From positions 1-64,000 of IMG/VR virus record IMGVR_UViG_3300012940_000022: DNA of 64,000 nt. One strand, written 5' to 3'. Both the position numbers and the translations under genes were made by a program. The DNA is from a virus. A model generated the notes under the pieces. It was not told the origin of the DNA, made no database searches, and was given only the letters and a program-made list of their open reading frames with translations. Shown piece after piece: positions 56,071 through 64,000 of the stretch (position 1 is its first letter; every line of letters begins with the position of its first letter).

Positions 56071-59000
56071 GTGGCTGGCTACAACATCGGCACCGCGACC
56101 GCGACGATCGAGGTCGATACCAAGCAGGGCATCGCTGCCCTCCGCTCGTTCGCCAAGGAATTCGGCGGGCTCGAGCAGCAAACCCGCGGACTCAATCAGA
56201 CCCTCAACAACGTCGCCGTGCAGGGGCTCGGCAAAGGCCTCGCCGGATTCGGCCTCGCCATCGCCGGCGGCTTCGGGCTGGCGATCAACTCTGCGGCGAA
56301 CTTCGAGCAGGGCATGTCCAACGTCCGGGCTGCGCTCAGCAGCACGAACGATGGAGCGGGCCTCACCAAAGAACAGTTCAAGGCCCTCAACGACGAAGCC
56401 CTCCGGATCGGAGCCACTACCTCGGCGAGCGCCACCGAAGCGGCCTCGGCGATGGAAGTCCTGGCGAAGGCCGGCGCCAGCACCGAGACGATCCTCAACG
56501 GCGGCGCCCAGGCCGCGGTCAACATCTCCGAGGCGACGGGCGAAAGCCTGAACCAGAGCGCCGAGACCATGGCCTCGGTCTCGAATCTGTTCGCCGATAC
56601 CGGGATCACGGCCGCACAGATCGCTGACGTCATCGTCAACGGCATGGGGCAGTCGAACGCCAGTCTGTCCGAATTCCAGACCGGCATTGCCCGACTCGCC
56701 CCGGTGATCGCCGCGACCGGCATGAGCTTCGAGGAATCGGCCGCCGCGATCGCCTACTTCAACGCCCGCGGGTTCTCCGCGGCTGAAGTTGGCACCAGTC
56801 TCACCAGCGCCTTCACGCGCCTCGCCAATCCGACGGATGAAGCCGCCGCCAAGATGGGCGAGCTCGGCATCAGCGCGTTCGACGCCCAGGGCAACTTCGT
56901 CGGCTTCCCGAGCCTGATGGACCAGGTGCAAACGGCCACGGCCGGGATGTCCGAAGAAGCGAAAGCGGCTGCCATTTCGCTGATCTTCGGCGCGGACGGC
57001 ATGGACCTGTTTGCCGATGCCGCCAAGACGGGCGGCGATGGCCTGCGGGAAACCACCGATGAGATGGGCGTTGCCGGATCGGCTGCCGAGCAGGCCGCCA
57101 TCCGGATGGACAACTTCCGGGGCTCCGTCGAGCAACTCAAGGGTGCGATCGAAACGCTCTTGATCACCGTCGGCTCACGGCTCCTCCCGGTCGTGCGCGA
57201 GGTCGCGGACGGCGCGAGCGGTCTCGTCACCGCGTTTCTCGGATTGTCCGAAGGAACCCAGACCGTGATCGCTGGGGCAGCCGGCGTGGCTGGCGCGCTC
57301 TCGCTCGCCGCCGGCGGTTTCATCCTGATCGCGCCGCGGATTCAGGAGACGGTCAAGGCCTACCAGGCGCTGCGCGCCGCACAGCTCGGGCTGCTCGGAC
57401 CGGTCGGCCTCGGAATCGCCGCGGTCGGGCTCTTCGCGCTGGCGATCCATAAAAACATCTTCGGGCTGGGCGACGGCTTCCACGCCGTGACGTCGACCGT
57501 TTCGGACATCATCGACCGGTTCAAGGTCCTCAACAGGACAGTCTCGAACGTCAAGGGACGGGGATTCACCGACGCGTTCGGCAATGTCGCCGTCCTCCGT
57601 GATGCCTACCAGGGACTGACGCAGATCGAGCGGGTGTTCGCGGTCCTCGGTGACGCGATCGAGGATGTGACCGGCCTGCCGGTTGCCGGCTTCTTTGCCG
57701 AGCTCGGTACATCCATTCAGCGCCCGGTCGATGGCGTCCTCAAAATGTGGGACGCGCTGACGCGCATCAACGCCGCGTTCCGAGACAACGGCATCAGGGC
57801 CGGGTTCGACGCCCTCTTCGGTTCCGGCGGGCGAAAACTCCTCGCCGGGTTCGGCGACACACTCGGGTCGCTTCCGAAGCTGCTCGGCAAGAGCCTGCTT
57901 CAGATCAGCACCGGCTTTGCCCCGGTCGATCGCGCCATCCACGACATCGGGCAAAACCTGGTCGACGTTGGGCGCCTGGCCCAGGAAGTGTTCAGTGGAG
58001 ACATCCGCGGCGCTCTGACCGTTCTCGAGCGCCTGCTGCTCCGCTCATTCCTCGGGCCGATCAAGAACGCCCTCCGCACGATCGACGAGCTGTTTGGCAC
58101 CAACCTCTTCGGCGGATTCAACAAGCTCTTCGCTCCGATCCAGGACACGATCGATTCCGTTTTTGGTTCCCTCGGCGATGCGCTGACCGGGTTGACGGGC
58201 CGGTGGGGCAAGTCCTTCGGCAAGATGGGCGACGCCCTCAAGGACATTGGCAAGGCCTTCACCAAGGGCGGGCTGCGGAAGGGGTTTGACGCGCTCTTCG
58301 GGAAGAGCGGTCGCAAGCTGCTCACCGGGTTCGGCGACACGGTCTCCGCCATTCCGAAGGCATTCGGCGAGTTCCTGCGCGGGATCGAGACGCCGTGGGG
58401 CAGCGTCAACACCCTGCTCGACGGAACCGGCGATGTCCTAAATGACATCGGGCGCCTGGCTCAGGAGGTCTTCGCGGGCGATTTCGCCGGCGCCCTCACC
58501 GTCGGCAAGCGCCTGCTCGGCGACACGATCGACCTGGGCAAGGACTTCGTGTCCGGCTTCCTCGCGAACGCGCGGACCGCAGTTGGGCTGCTCGGCGATG
58601 CGATCCGCTCGATCGACTGGGGAGCCATTGCGTCCGGTATCGGCGACTTCGCGAGCGATGCGTGGTCAGCGATCCAGAACGGCATCTCGCTTGCCTGGGA
58701 CCAGATCACGGATCTCAACTGGGACAACTACATCGACAAAATCCAGGACTTTGCCGGATTGGTTGCCGGGAAGATCAAAGACCTTCCATGGGGCGACTAC
58801 ATCGATAAGATCCAGGATTTTGCGGGCCTCGTCGCAGGCAGAGTCAAAGACTTGCCGTGGGGCGATTACATCACGGCCATCGAGGACCTTGGTGCCATCG
58901 TCGGAGGAAAGATCAAGGATCTTCCGTGGGCCGACTATCTCGGGACCGCGATCGATCTCGGGGCGAAAGTCAGCGAAAAGATCAAGGAGTTGCCGTGGGG

Positions 59001-61038
59001 CGATTACGTCACCGCTGTCACCGACCTCGGCGCTCTGATTGCCGGCAAGATTTCAAGTCTCCCGTGGGGCGACTATATATCAGCGGTTGAGGACCTCGGC
59101 ACCCTAATTGCCGCAAAGATCAGCAGTCTACCCTGGGCTGACTATCTCGGCGAAACCGTTGATCTCGGCGCAAAAGTAGCCGAGAAGATCACGTCACTGC
59201 CTTGGGGTGATTATCTCGGCGAGGCCATCGATCTGGCCGGTCTGGTCTCGACCAAGATCGTGTCACTTCCGTGGGGCGATTACATCACCGCAATCGAAGA
59301 TCTGTCATCGTTGGTTGCGGCCAAAATCAGTTCGCTTCCATGGAGCGACTTTATAGGTAAGGTCGAGGACCTCGGCACGGTACTCGGCGCAAAAATCCTA
59401 CAGCTCGAGTGGTCGGCATTCGTCACTCTTCTCGAATGGAGCACCTACGTCCCCTCCCTTGTCTGGAGCGACCTGACTCCGAGTCTGACTTGGCGAGACT
59501 TCGTGCCAGGGATGACGTGGGAGAGTTTCATCATTGCGCCGGTTTGGACGTCGTTCATTCCGGGTCTCTCCTGGGCCAGCTACATTTCTGTCGCAATTTG
59601 GAGCGACTACGTCAATCCGCTCGATTGGGTCGATTGGCTGACCAGCCTTTCCTGGGGCGACTACGTTTCCAACTTGAGTTGGGGCGACTTTGTTCCAACT
59701 ATTTCCTGGACATCATTTATTCCAGGCTTGAGCTGGCTCACCTACCTTCCTCTTGGATTCTCATGGAACGACTTCATTCCGGGCGTAGCTTGGACCGACT
59801 ACATTCCGGCAGATTTGTCCTGGAGCGACTTCGTTCCCACCGTGACCTGGTCAACATTCATTCCCGGGAACCTCTCCTGGGATACGTTTATTTCGGCTCT
59901 TTCTTGGACAAGCTTTATCCCGGCGCAACTGGACTGGGTGCTGTTCATATCGAGCGTTGCATGGCGTGACTACATCCCATTCGACGTGAACTGGAGCGGA
60001 GTAATCCCGAATCTGACTTGGAGCGACTTCGTCCCGGATATCTCGTGGGGCGATTACATTCCAAGCTTTTCATGGCCGAGCAAAGACGACATCCTCAAAG
60101 CCCTTATTGGAGCTGTTACTGGTGATGGCGCAAATTCGAATGAGCTGCCAGGCGGCATCGAAATACCGGATCCGAATGCACCACCCACTTCAACACCACC
60201 CCTAACGAACGATGGGGCATCCGTGCTCGCCGGTATAGATGTGCAAGGGCTATCCAATGTCGTCGCGGATCTCTATAAACTGGGTCAGCAAGAGAACCTA
60301 TTCAAAGCAGTTTTCACGGCTGACTACACTGCCGTCGACAAAGCGTCGCAAGTGGCATGGACACTCGGAAACTCGTGGGCCAGTGCGCCTCCGTTTCAAG
60401 CGACCTTTTCGGCCCTGTATGACCTGGTAGATCGAGCATCAATCGTCTCGTGGACGCTTGGCGGTTCTTGGGCGCAATCTGTTCACACGGGACAGTTCAA
60501 CGGTGATCCCACTGGAGCCGATCGAGCGGCACAGACCGCGTTCTCGCTTGGCTATGCGTGGGATGCGCAGGTCTTCACCGCTTCGTTCTCGGTCGACGTT
60601 TCGAACGTTCTCAATGCCGTCGCGGTCGTGAGGCAGGCCGCGCAGGATATCAGCAACCTCCTGCCTCACAGCCCGGCGAAAGAGGGTCCTCTCTCAAGAG
60701 TTCCCGATTTTTCCTACATTTTGGATTCGCTCAAACGCTCATTCGACCCCATGGCCGGTGTCGCCGAGCGCGACCTTCAAGCGGTGCAGCGGCTTCTGGA
60801 TGAAAAAATGAGCATCGCTCGACTCAATCAAATGGCTGCCGGCATTTCTCCGAACGGTTTCCGCTCCGGTGGGGTTATCAATAACTCCTACTATCGTGCC
60901 GGCGACTCGATCGATGCGCGGACGCTCCAGCAATTGGCTCCGGAAGCGCTGCTCGAACTCCTGCGAAACGCCAGTCGCGGGGCCCAGGCTGCCGACGCCG
61001 TCGATGAAATCTCGTGGTCCGAATGGGATAGCGACTAA
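56071..61038 (+). CDS. Tape measure protein (TP901-type core, Trp-rich repeats)
   Basis: FEQGMSNVRA..LNDEALRIGATTSASATEAASAMEVLAKAG core; LPHSPAKEGPLS near the C-terminus; 1655 aa. Confidence 0.93.
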   Translation: MAGYNIGTATATIEVDTKQGIAALRSFAKEFGGLEQQTRGLNQTLNNVAVQGLGKGLAGFGLAIAGGFGLAINSAANFEQGMSNVRAALSSTNDGAGLTKEQFKALNDEALRIGATTSASATEAASAMEVLAKAGASTETILNGGAQAAVNISEATGESLNQSAETMASVSNLFADTGITAAQIADVIVNGMGQSNASLSEFQTGIARLAPVIAATGMSFEESAAAIAYFNARGFSAAEVGTSLTSAFTRLANPTDEAAAKMGELGISAFDAQGNFVGFPSLMDQVQTATAGMSEEAKAAAISLIFGADGMDLFADAAKTGGDGLRETTDEMGVAGSAAEQAAIRMDNFRGSVEQLKGAIETLLITVGSRLLPVVREVADGASGLVTAFLGLSEGTQTVIAGAAGVAGALSLAAGGFILIAPRIQETVKAYQALRAAQLGLLGPVGLGIAAVGLFALAIHKNIFGLGDGFHAVTSTVSDIIDRFKVLNRTVSNVKGRGFTDAFGNVAVLRDAYQGLTQIERVFAVLGDAIEDVTGLPVAGFFAELGTSIQRPVDGVLKMWDALTRINAAFRDNGIRAGFDALFGSGGRKLLAGFGDTLGSLPKLLGKSLLQISTGFAPVDRAIHDIGQNLVDVGRLAQEVFSGDIRGALTVLERLLLRSFLGPIKNALRTIDELFGTNLFGGFNKLFAPIQDTIDSVFGSLGDALTGLTGRWGKSFGKMGDALKDIGKAFTKGGLRKGFDALFGKSGRKLLTGFGDTVSAIPKAFGEFLRGIETPWGSVNTLLDGTGDVLNDIGRLAQEVFAGDFAGALTVGKRLLGDTIDLGKDFVSGFLANARTAVGLLGDAIRSIDWGAIASGIGDFASDAWSAIQNGISLAWDQITDLNWDNYIDKIQDFAGLVAGKIKDLPWGDYIDKIQDFAGLVAGRVKDLPWGDYITAIEDLGAIVGGKIKDLPWADYLGTAIDLGAKVSEKIKELPWGDYVTAVTDLGALIAGKISSLPWGDYISAVEDLGTLIAAKISSLPWADYLGETVDLGAKVAEKITSLPWGDYLGEAIDLAGLVSTKIVSLPWGDYITAIEDLSSLVAAKISSLPWSDFIGKVEDLGTVLGAKILQLEWSAFVTLLEWSTYVPSLVWSDLTPSLTWRDFVPGMTWESFIIAPVWTSFIPGLSWASYISVAIWSDYVNPLDWVDWLTSLSWGDYVSNLSWGDFVPTISWTSFIPGLSWLTYLPLGFSWNDFIPGVAWTDYIPADLSWSDFVPTVTWSTFIPGNLSWDTFISALSWTSFIPAQLDWVLFISSVAWRDYIPFDVNWSGVIPNLTWSDFVPDISWGDYIPSFSWPSKDDILKALIGAVTGDGANSNELPGGIEIPDPNAPPTSTPPLTNDGASVLAGIDVQGLSNVVADLYKLGQQENLFKAVFTADYTAVDKASQVAWTLGNSWASAPPFQATFSALYDLVDRASIVSWTLGGSWAQSVHTGQFNGDPTGADRAAQTAFSLGYAWDAQVFTASFSVDVSNVLNAVAVVRQAAQDISNLLPHSPAKEGPLSRVPDFSYILDSLKRSFDPMAGVAERDLQAVQRLLDEKMSIARLNQMAAGISPNGFRSGGVINNSYYRAGDSIDARTLQQLAPEALLELLRNASRGAQAADAVDEISWSEWDSD
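58714..60075 (+). repeat. Coding tandem repeats in the TMP: 10 x 23 aa then ~24 x 9-10 aa
   Basis: LPWGDYI..I.DL...VA.KI.. (69-nt period, 58714-59403); LSWxDFIPx units (59404-60075). Confidence 0.9.
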
Positions 61039-61050
61039 ATCTCCAGCGAG

Positions 61051-61650
61051 CTAAACCGAACGGTATTTTCCGGCAATGTATGCAGCGATGTCATCGCATG
61101 CATTTATTTCAGTGCTCGCCCCGTCGGTCAGCTCGACTGCGCCTTGCGCTTTCACATAGATCAGGAGGTCAGGATCAACAGCGTAGCTTCCTCCGCACAT
61201 CGGCTCGAAGAGAAAGTATTCAGTTCCATCAACGCGTTCAGCGTCAACCACACCGGCAGGGAGAGGCATTTCATCCAGCTCGATTCGGCGACCAGAAGGG
61301 ATGTCGAACTGATCGTCGTATTGGTCGCGGTCGACCCATCCCGTAACAAGATCCCAGGCATCATTGCTGGAAGCCCGATTGGTCTTGTTTTGAAGGATGA
61401 CGATCATGACTCGACGTCCGGCCGGACCGCCAAAGTAACGCCCGAAGCCGTCTGCAATATAGTCATTGTTCGTAGCATTCGGAAGATAACTATCCTCCGT
61501 CCATCCCGGACCGAACGTAGCGGCTATCGGCATTATTTGACTGAGCGGATACTGGCTCTCGTAGCTGGCTGTCGGCGTCGCCTCTTGAGCCACGGCGCCC
61601 ACTGGTGCCAGTAAAACGACGAGCATGAATAACGCGGACAATCGACGCAC
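61051..61650 (-). CDS. Secreted hypothetical protein (AQEATP signal)
   Basis: MRRLSALFMLVVLLAPVGAVAQEATP; GGAGGGG RBS. Confidence 0.75.
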   Translation of the reverse strand: MRRLSALFMLVVLLAPVGAVAQEATPTASYESQYPLSQIMPIAATFGPGWTEDSYLPNATNNDYIADGFGRYFGGPAGRRVMIVILQNKTNRASSNDAWDLVTGWVDRDQYDDQFDIPSGRRIELDEMPLPAGVVDAERVDGTEYFLFEPMCGGSYAVDPDLLIYVKAQGAVELTDGASTEINACDDIAAYIAGKYRSV

Positions 61651-61682
61651 GATAATTCCCCTCCTTCGATCTCGGCAGTAGT

Positions 61683-62747
61683 TTATGGATTGTTCCCCGG
61701 AGCCACGACGATGCTGAAAACCTCACGGGTGACCTCGTCATAGTTGAAGATCACGATGAAGGTGCCTGGCGCCTCTCCCATCCACACATCAAAGTCGGCG
61801 TACTCAAGTCGAGGTATGAGCGACTGGCTGTTGTAGACGCGTACGGTTGAAAAGGTCTGAGGGTAGTATTCGTCAACAAGGATCGAATCGGGAGGGATCA
61901 ACGCGGCAGCGAGGTCTTCAGCGGTCGAGAACGGAATATTCGGCACTTGATAAGTGAGATTCCAGACATTGCCGTTTATGTACGAAACGATGAAGCTATA
62001 GTCAGTTTGATAGCCATACACTTCAAATCCTGGGAAAGACACGTTTGGATTAGCTGAACCGTGGACTCGCTCCCAATCGGCCCGCGACTGTCCGATTCCA
62101 GATGAATAACCCGACACTCCAGATTCCGGAGCTTCCGTGGGTGTCGGCTCCGGACGTGGAGTCGGAGTCGGTTTAGGTGGAGAGGTCGGTTCCGGCGTCA
62201 ATACCGCTGCTGAAATGTGAAGCGTGTGGCAAACATCCCAGAGTCCGCGCCCTTTGATGCGAGCGTCGAGTTCAGCTTTCTCGAGATTATCGAAATATTT
62301 CGGCGAGTCTTGTCCATCATCGAATCCGGCATAGCCGTCGCGAACCATTTTCGTATTGATAAGCAGCGCTTTGGCCCCGTTGGAACCTGGTAGCCAGACA
62401 TAGCGAACCCGAAGCGATCCGTATTCATCGGCAGTGCCAGACTGCTCAAGATAAACGATTGTCCCGACCGGGAGTAAATCGGCGAGATATTCAGTGGATT
62501 CCTGAAAGAAGCACTCGTCGGATTCGGGAGCATCAATTCCTGCGAGCAAGACTTGCACAGCCCCATCAGGTGCTTGAACGTCGATTTTGTCGCCATCAAT
62601 GATGCCGGACACTGTCGCTGGTTTCGCTGCTGCAGGTACTCCCAAGGGCAAGGCGGCGGGACTAGCACCCGGCGTCGCTTCTTGCGCGAACACAACACTC
62701 GGCATCGCCAACAGTGCCAGTACGCTCCAAATCAACCAGCGCCGCAT
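61683..62747 (-). CDS. Secreted SNase-like protein with Pro/Thr linker and unknown C-terminal domain
   Basis: Signal AQEATP; IDGDK, VLLAGIDAPE, GRGLWDVC; paralog of 41868..42878. Confidence 0.8.
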   Translation of the reverse strand: MRRWLIWSVLALLAMPSVVFAQEATPGASPAALPLGVPAAAKPATVSGIIDGDKIDVQAPDGAVQVLLAGIDAPESDECFFQESTEYLADLLPVGTIVYLEQSGTADEYGSLRVRYVWLPGSNGAKALLINTKMVRDGYAGFDDGQDSPKYFDNLEKAELDARIKGRGLWDVCHTLHISAAVLTPEPTSPPKPTPTPRPEPTPTEAPESGVSGYSSGIGQSRADWERVHGSANPNVSFPGFEVYGYQTDYSFIVSYINGNVWNLTYQVPNIPFSTAEDLAAALIPPDSILVDEYYPQTFSTVRVYNSQSLIPRLEYADFDVWMGEAPGTFIVIFNYDEVTREVFSIVVAPGNNP

Positions 62748-62923
62748 AGAAACTCCCCTCGCCTGATGACGAGGGGAGTGTGCCGAATTCGATGGCGTTC
62801 TGCAAATCGGTCAGAATCGTCAGCCGGAAGGTGCACAGCGTCTCATATTTTTCGAACTTTCACGTTATGATCTCAGTGGGAAGCGGATCGAAACTCAAAA
62901 CACACTCACCTAAGAAAGCCATC

Positions 62924-63643
62924 ATGAGCCAGGCAGTGTTTCCTCGAATCGATATCCTACGACACGGGATCGATAGGCTATTTGTGTCTATCTTTCTCGA
63001 AGACGTCGAGGATGTTTTCGAGGCGATACTGAACCAACTCAATGAGGTCAGTTCTAGCGACGATGCAAGCACTATTGCTCCCCACGGTATCCTTGGACTT
63101 TCAGAGCGATATGACTCGACTGAAGACCTTCGCCAGCTTTCATTCAATGCAGTGCTTGTTCACGGAACTGACCAGGAATCTCAAGAAAAGAACATCATCC
63201 TAGTGCTTGAGTATGCTGCGGACGGTGTCGAGCCGCACATAACGATACGCAAGCCCGAGGATGGTGAAGCAGCGGCGGCAGAAGATGAGGAGGAACGGAT
63301 TCTTGCTGCTATAGCATTGGTGCAGTCCTCTCAATCCATGCAAGTCGACGCACATTTTCAACTAGATGGAAATGCATGGTTTCCGCTGCCAACCATCGTG
63401 TCAGCCGGACCCGAAAAGGCCGGGGAAGTCAGCATTCGAGGTATACGAGGTCAATGGAGTGGGCTGGAAGAGGATCCAAAGTCCTTCTCGTATCAGCTGG
63501 AAACGCTTTCGGGGCGGATACTTGGTAGTGTGCGATTTCGGCAGCGGATTGATTTGAGTCCAGACATCACGAATCTTGCCCTGGAGACCTCTAATCGCTT
63601 GATCGCCCTGCTCGTGACCCCAAAGGCCGAGGAACTGCAATGA
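62924..63643 (+). CDS. Hypothetical protein (low-GC moron)
   Basis: TATGAT -10 near 62866; ATGA-coupled to the next gene. Confidence 0.6.
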   Translation: MSQAVFPRIDILRHGIDRLFVSIFLEDVEDVFEAILNQLNEVSSSDDASTIAPHGILGLSERYDSTEDLRQLSFNAVLVHGTDQESQEKNIILVLEYAADGVEPHITIRKPEDGEAAAAEDEEERILAAIALVQSSQSMQVDAHFQLDGNAWFPLPTIVSAGPEKAGEVSIRGIRGQWSGLEEDPKSFSYQLETLSGRILGSVRFRQRIDLSPDITNLALETSNRLIALLVTPKAEELQ

Positions 63644-64000
63644 GTATATCGCGACCATTTCTCAATCAAATGCTTGTCGATCATGCGGGAAAAGAAGAGG
63701 ACCTAGAGCCGGGCATCGAGTTCACATACCGTGGTAAAACGAAAACTCTCCGAATCGGAAACGTGGATTACCCACATGAATATTTTGGCGTCCCGTCGTC
63801 CGAACAAGACCGTGATACCGTCGTGTTTCGAGTCTCAAATCTTAGCGATATGATTGGAGCGCTCAAGGCTGGAGACTTACGCCAACTCCGCGAAGACATT
63901 GTTGAAGAAATTGCGATAGCGGACGGTGTCAGCCTCCCTCAAGAGCTTGTCTCAATCGCGAACCAGATCATTCGTTCCAGGCGCATCCTTGACCTCCCGG
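63640..64000 (+). CDS. Hypothetical protein (partial, runs off the window)
   Basis: Open frame MSISRPFLNQ...IANQIIRSRRILDLP to the window end. Confidence 0.6.
   Translation, partial: MSISRPFLNQMLVDHAGKEEDLEPGIEFTYRGKTKTLRIGNVDYPHEYFGVPSSEQDRDTVVFRVSNLSDMIGALKAGDLRQLREDIVEEIAIADGVSLPQELVSIANQIIRSRRILDLP

Larger units (their letters stand above)
196..64000. mobile_element. Temperate siphovirus-like prophage (right end outside window)
   Basis: Integrase, repressor switch, replication, terminase, portal, capsid, major tail and tape measure genes occur in canonical lambdoid order. Confidence 0.95.

Noticed and set aside
58714-60075. Repeat array as CRISPR or a DGR template/variable repeat
   Set aside because: The repeats are degenerate, in frame and vary at synonymous positions; there are no unique spacers, cas genes, reverse transcriptase or adenine-specific pair in the window.

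Overview
Almost the whole window (~200-64000) is the left ~64 kb of a temperate, long-tailed (siphovirus-like) prophage. It sits immediately after the 3' end of a host gene whose C-terminus matches RsmG/GidB (1-195). High GC, secreted proteins starting AQEATP... and the style of the receiver domain suggest a Thermomicrobiales (Chloroflexota) host; this is an inference. Gene order: tyrosine integrase; SOS-box-preceded Zn-finger gene; XRE repressor / RHH / Xis switch; RecT-like recombinase; replication (HNH, initiator with iterons, DnaC-like loader, beta clamp, DEDDh exonuclease); SF2 helicase, two DNA methyltransferases and a frameshifted HerA-like ATPase; many small early genes; ParB-like, TerS, TerL; HTH-fused portal; a ~10 kb cargo block; protease, capsid and head-tail genes; major tail protein; +1-frameshifted tail chaperone; an sRNA-rich insert; a 1655-aa tape measure protein; more cargo. 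Distal tail and lysis genes and attR lie outside the window. The most notable observations are: (1) a recurring AAAAGTG(A/C)CCC motif, three times at near-fixed spacing to a -10 box, wherever the structural operon restarts after a cargo insert; (2) a two-polypeptide C5 methyltransferase with a 373-aa partner fully overprinted in the +1 frame; (3) three secreted thermonuclease paralogs, two apparently catalytically degenerate; (4) a candidate LexA-controlled antirepressor; (5) a type I toxin-antitoxin-like sRNA locus; (6) start-stop minigenes; (7) a stand-alone receiver plus DHp-like pair. All calls come from reading motifs by eye; no database searches were run.
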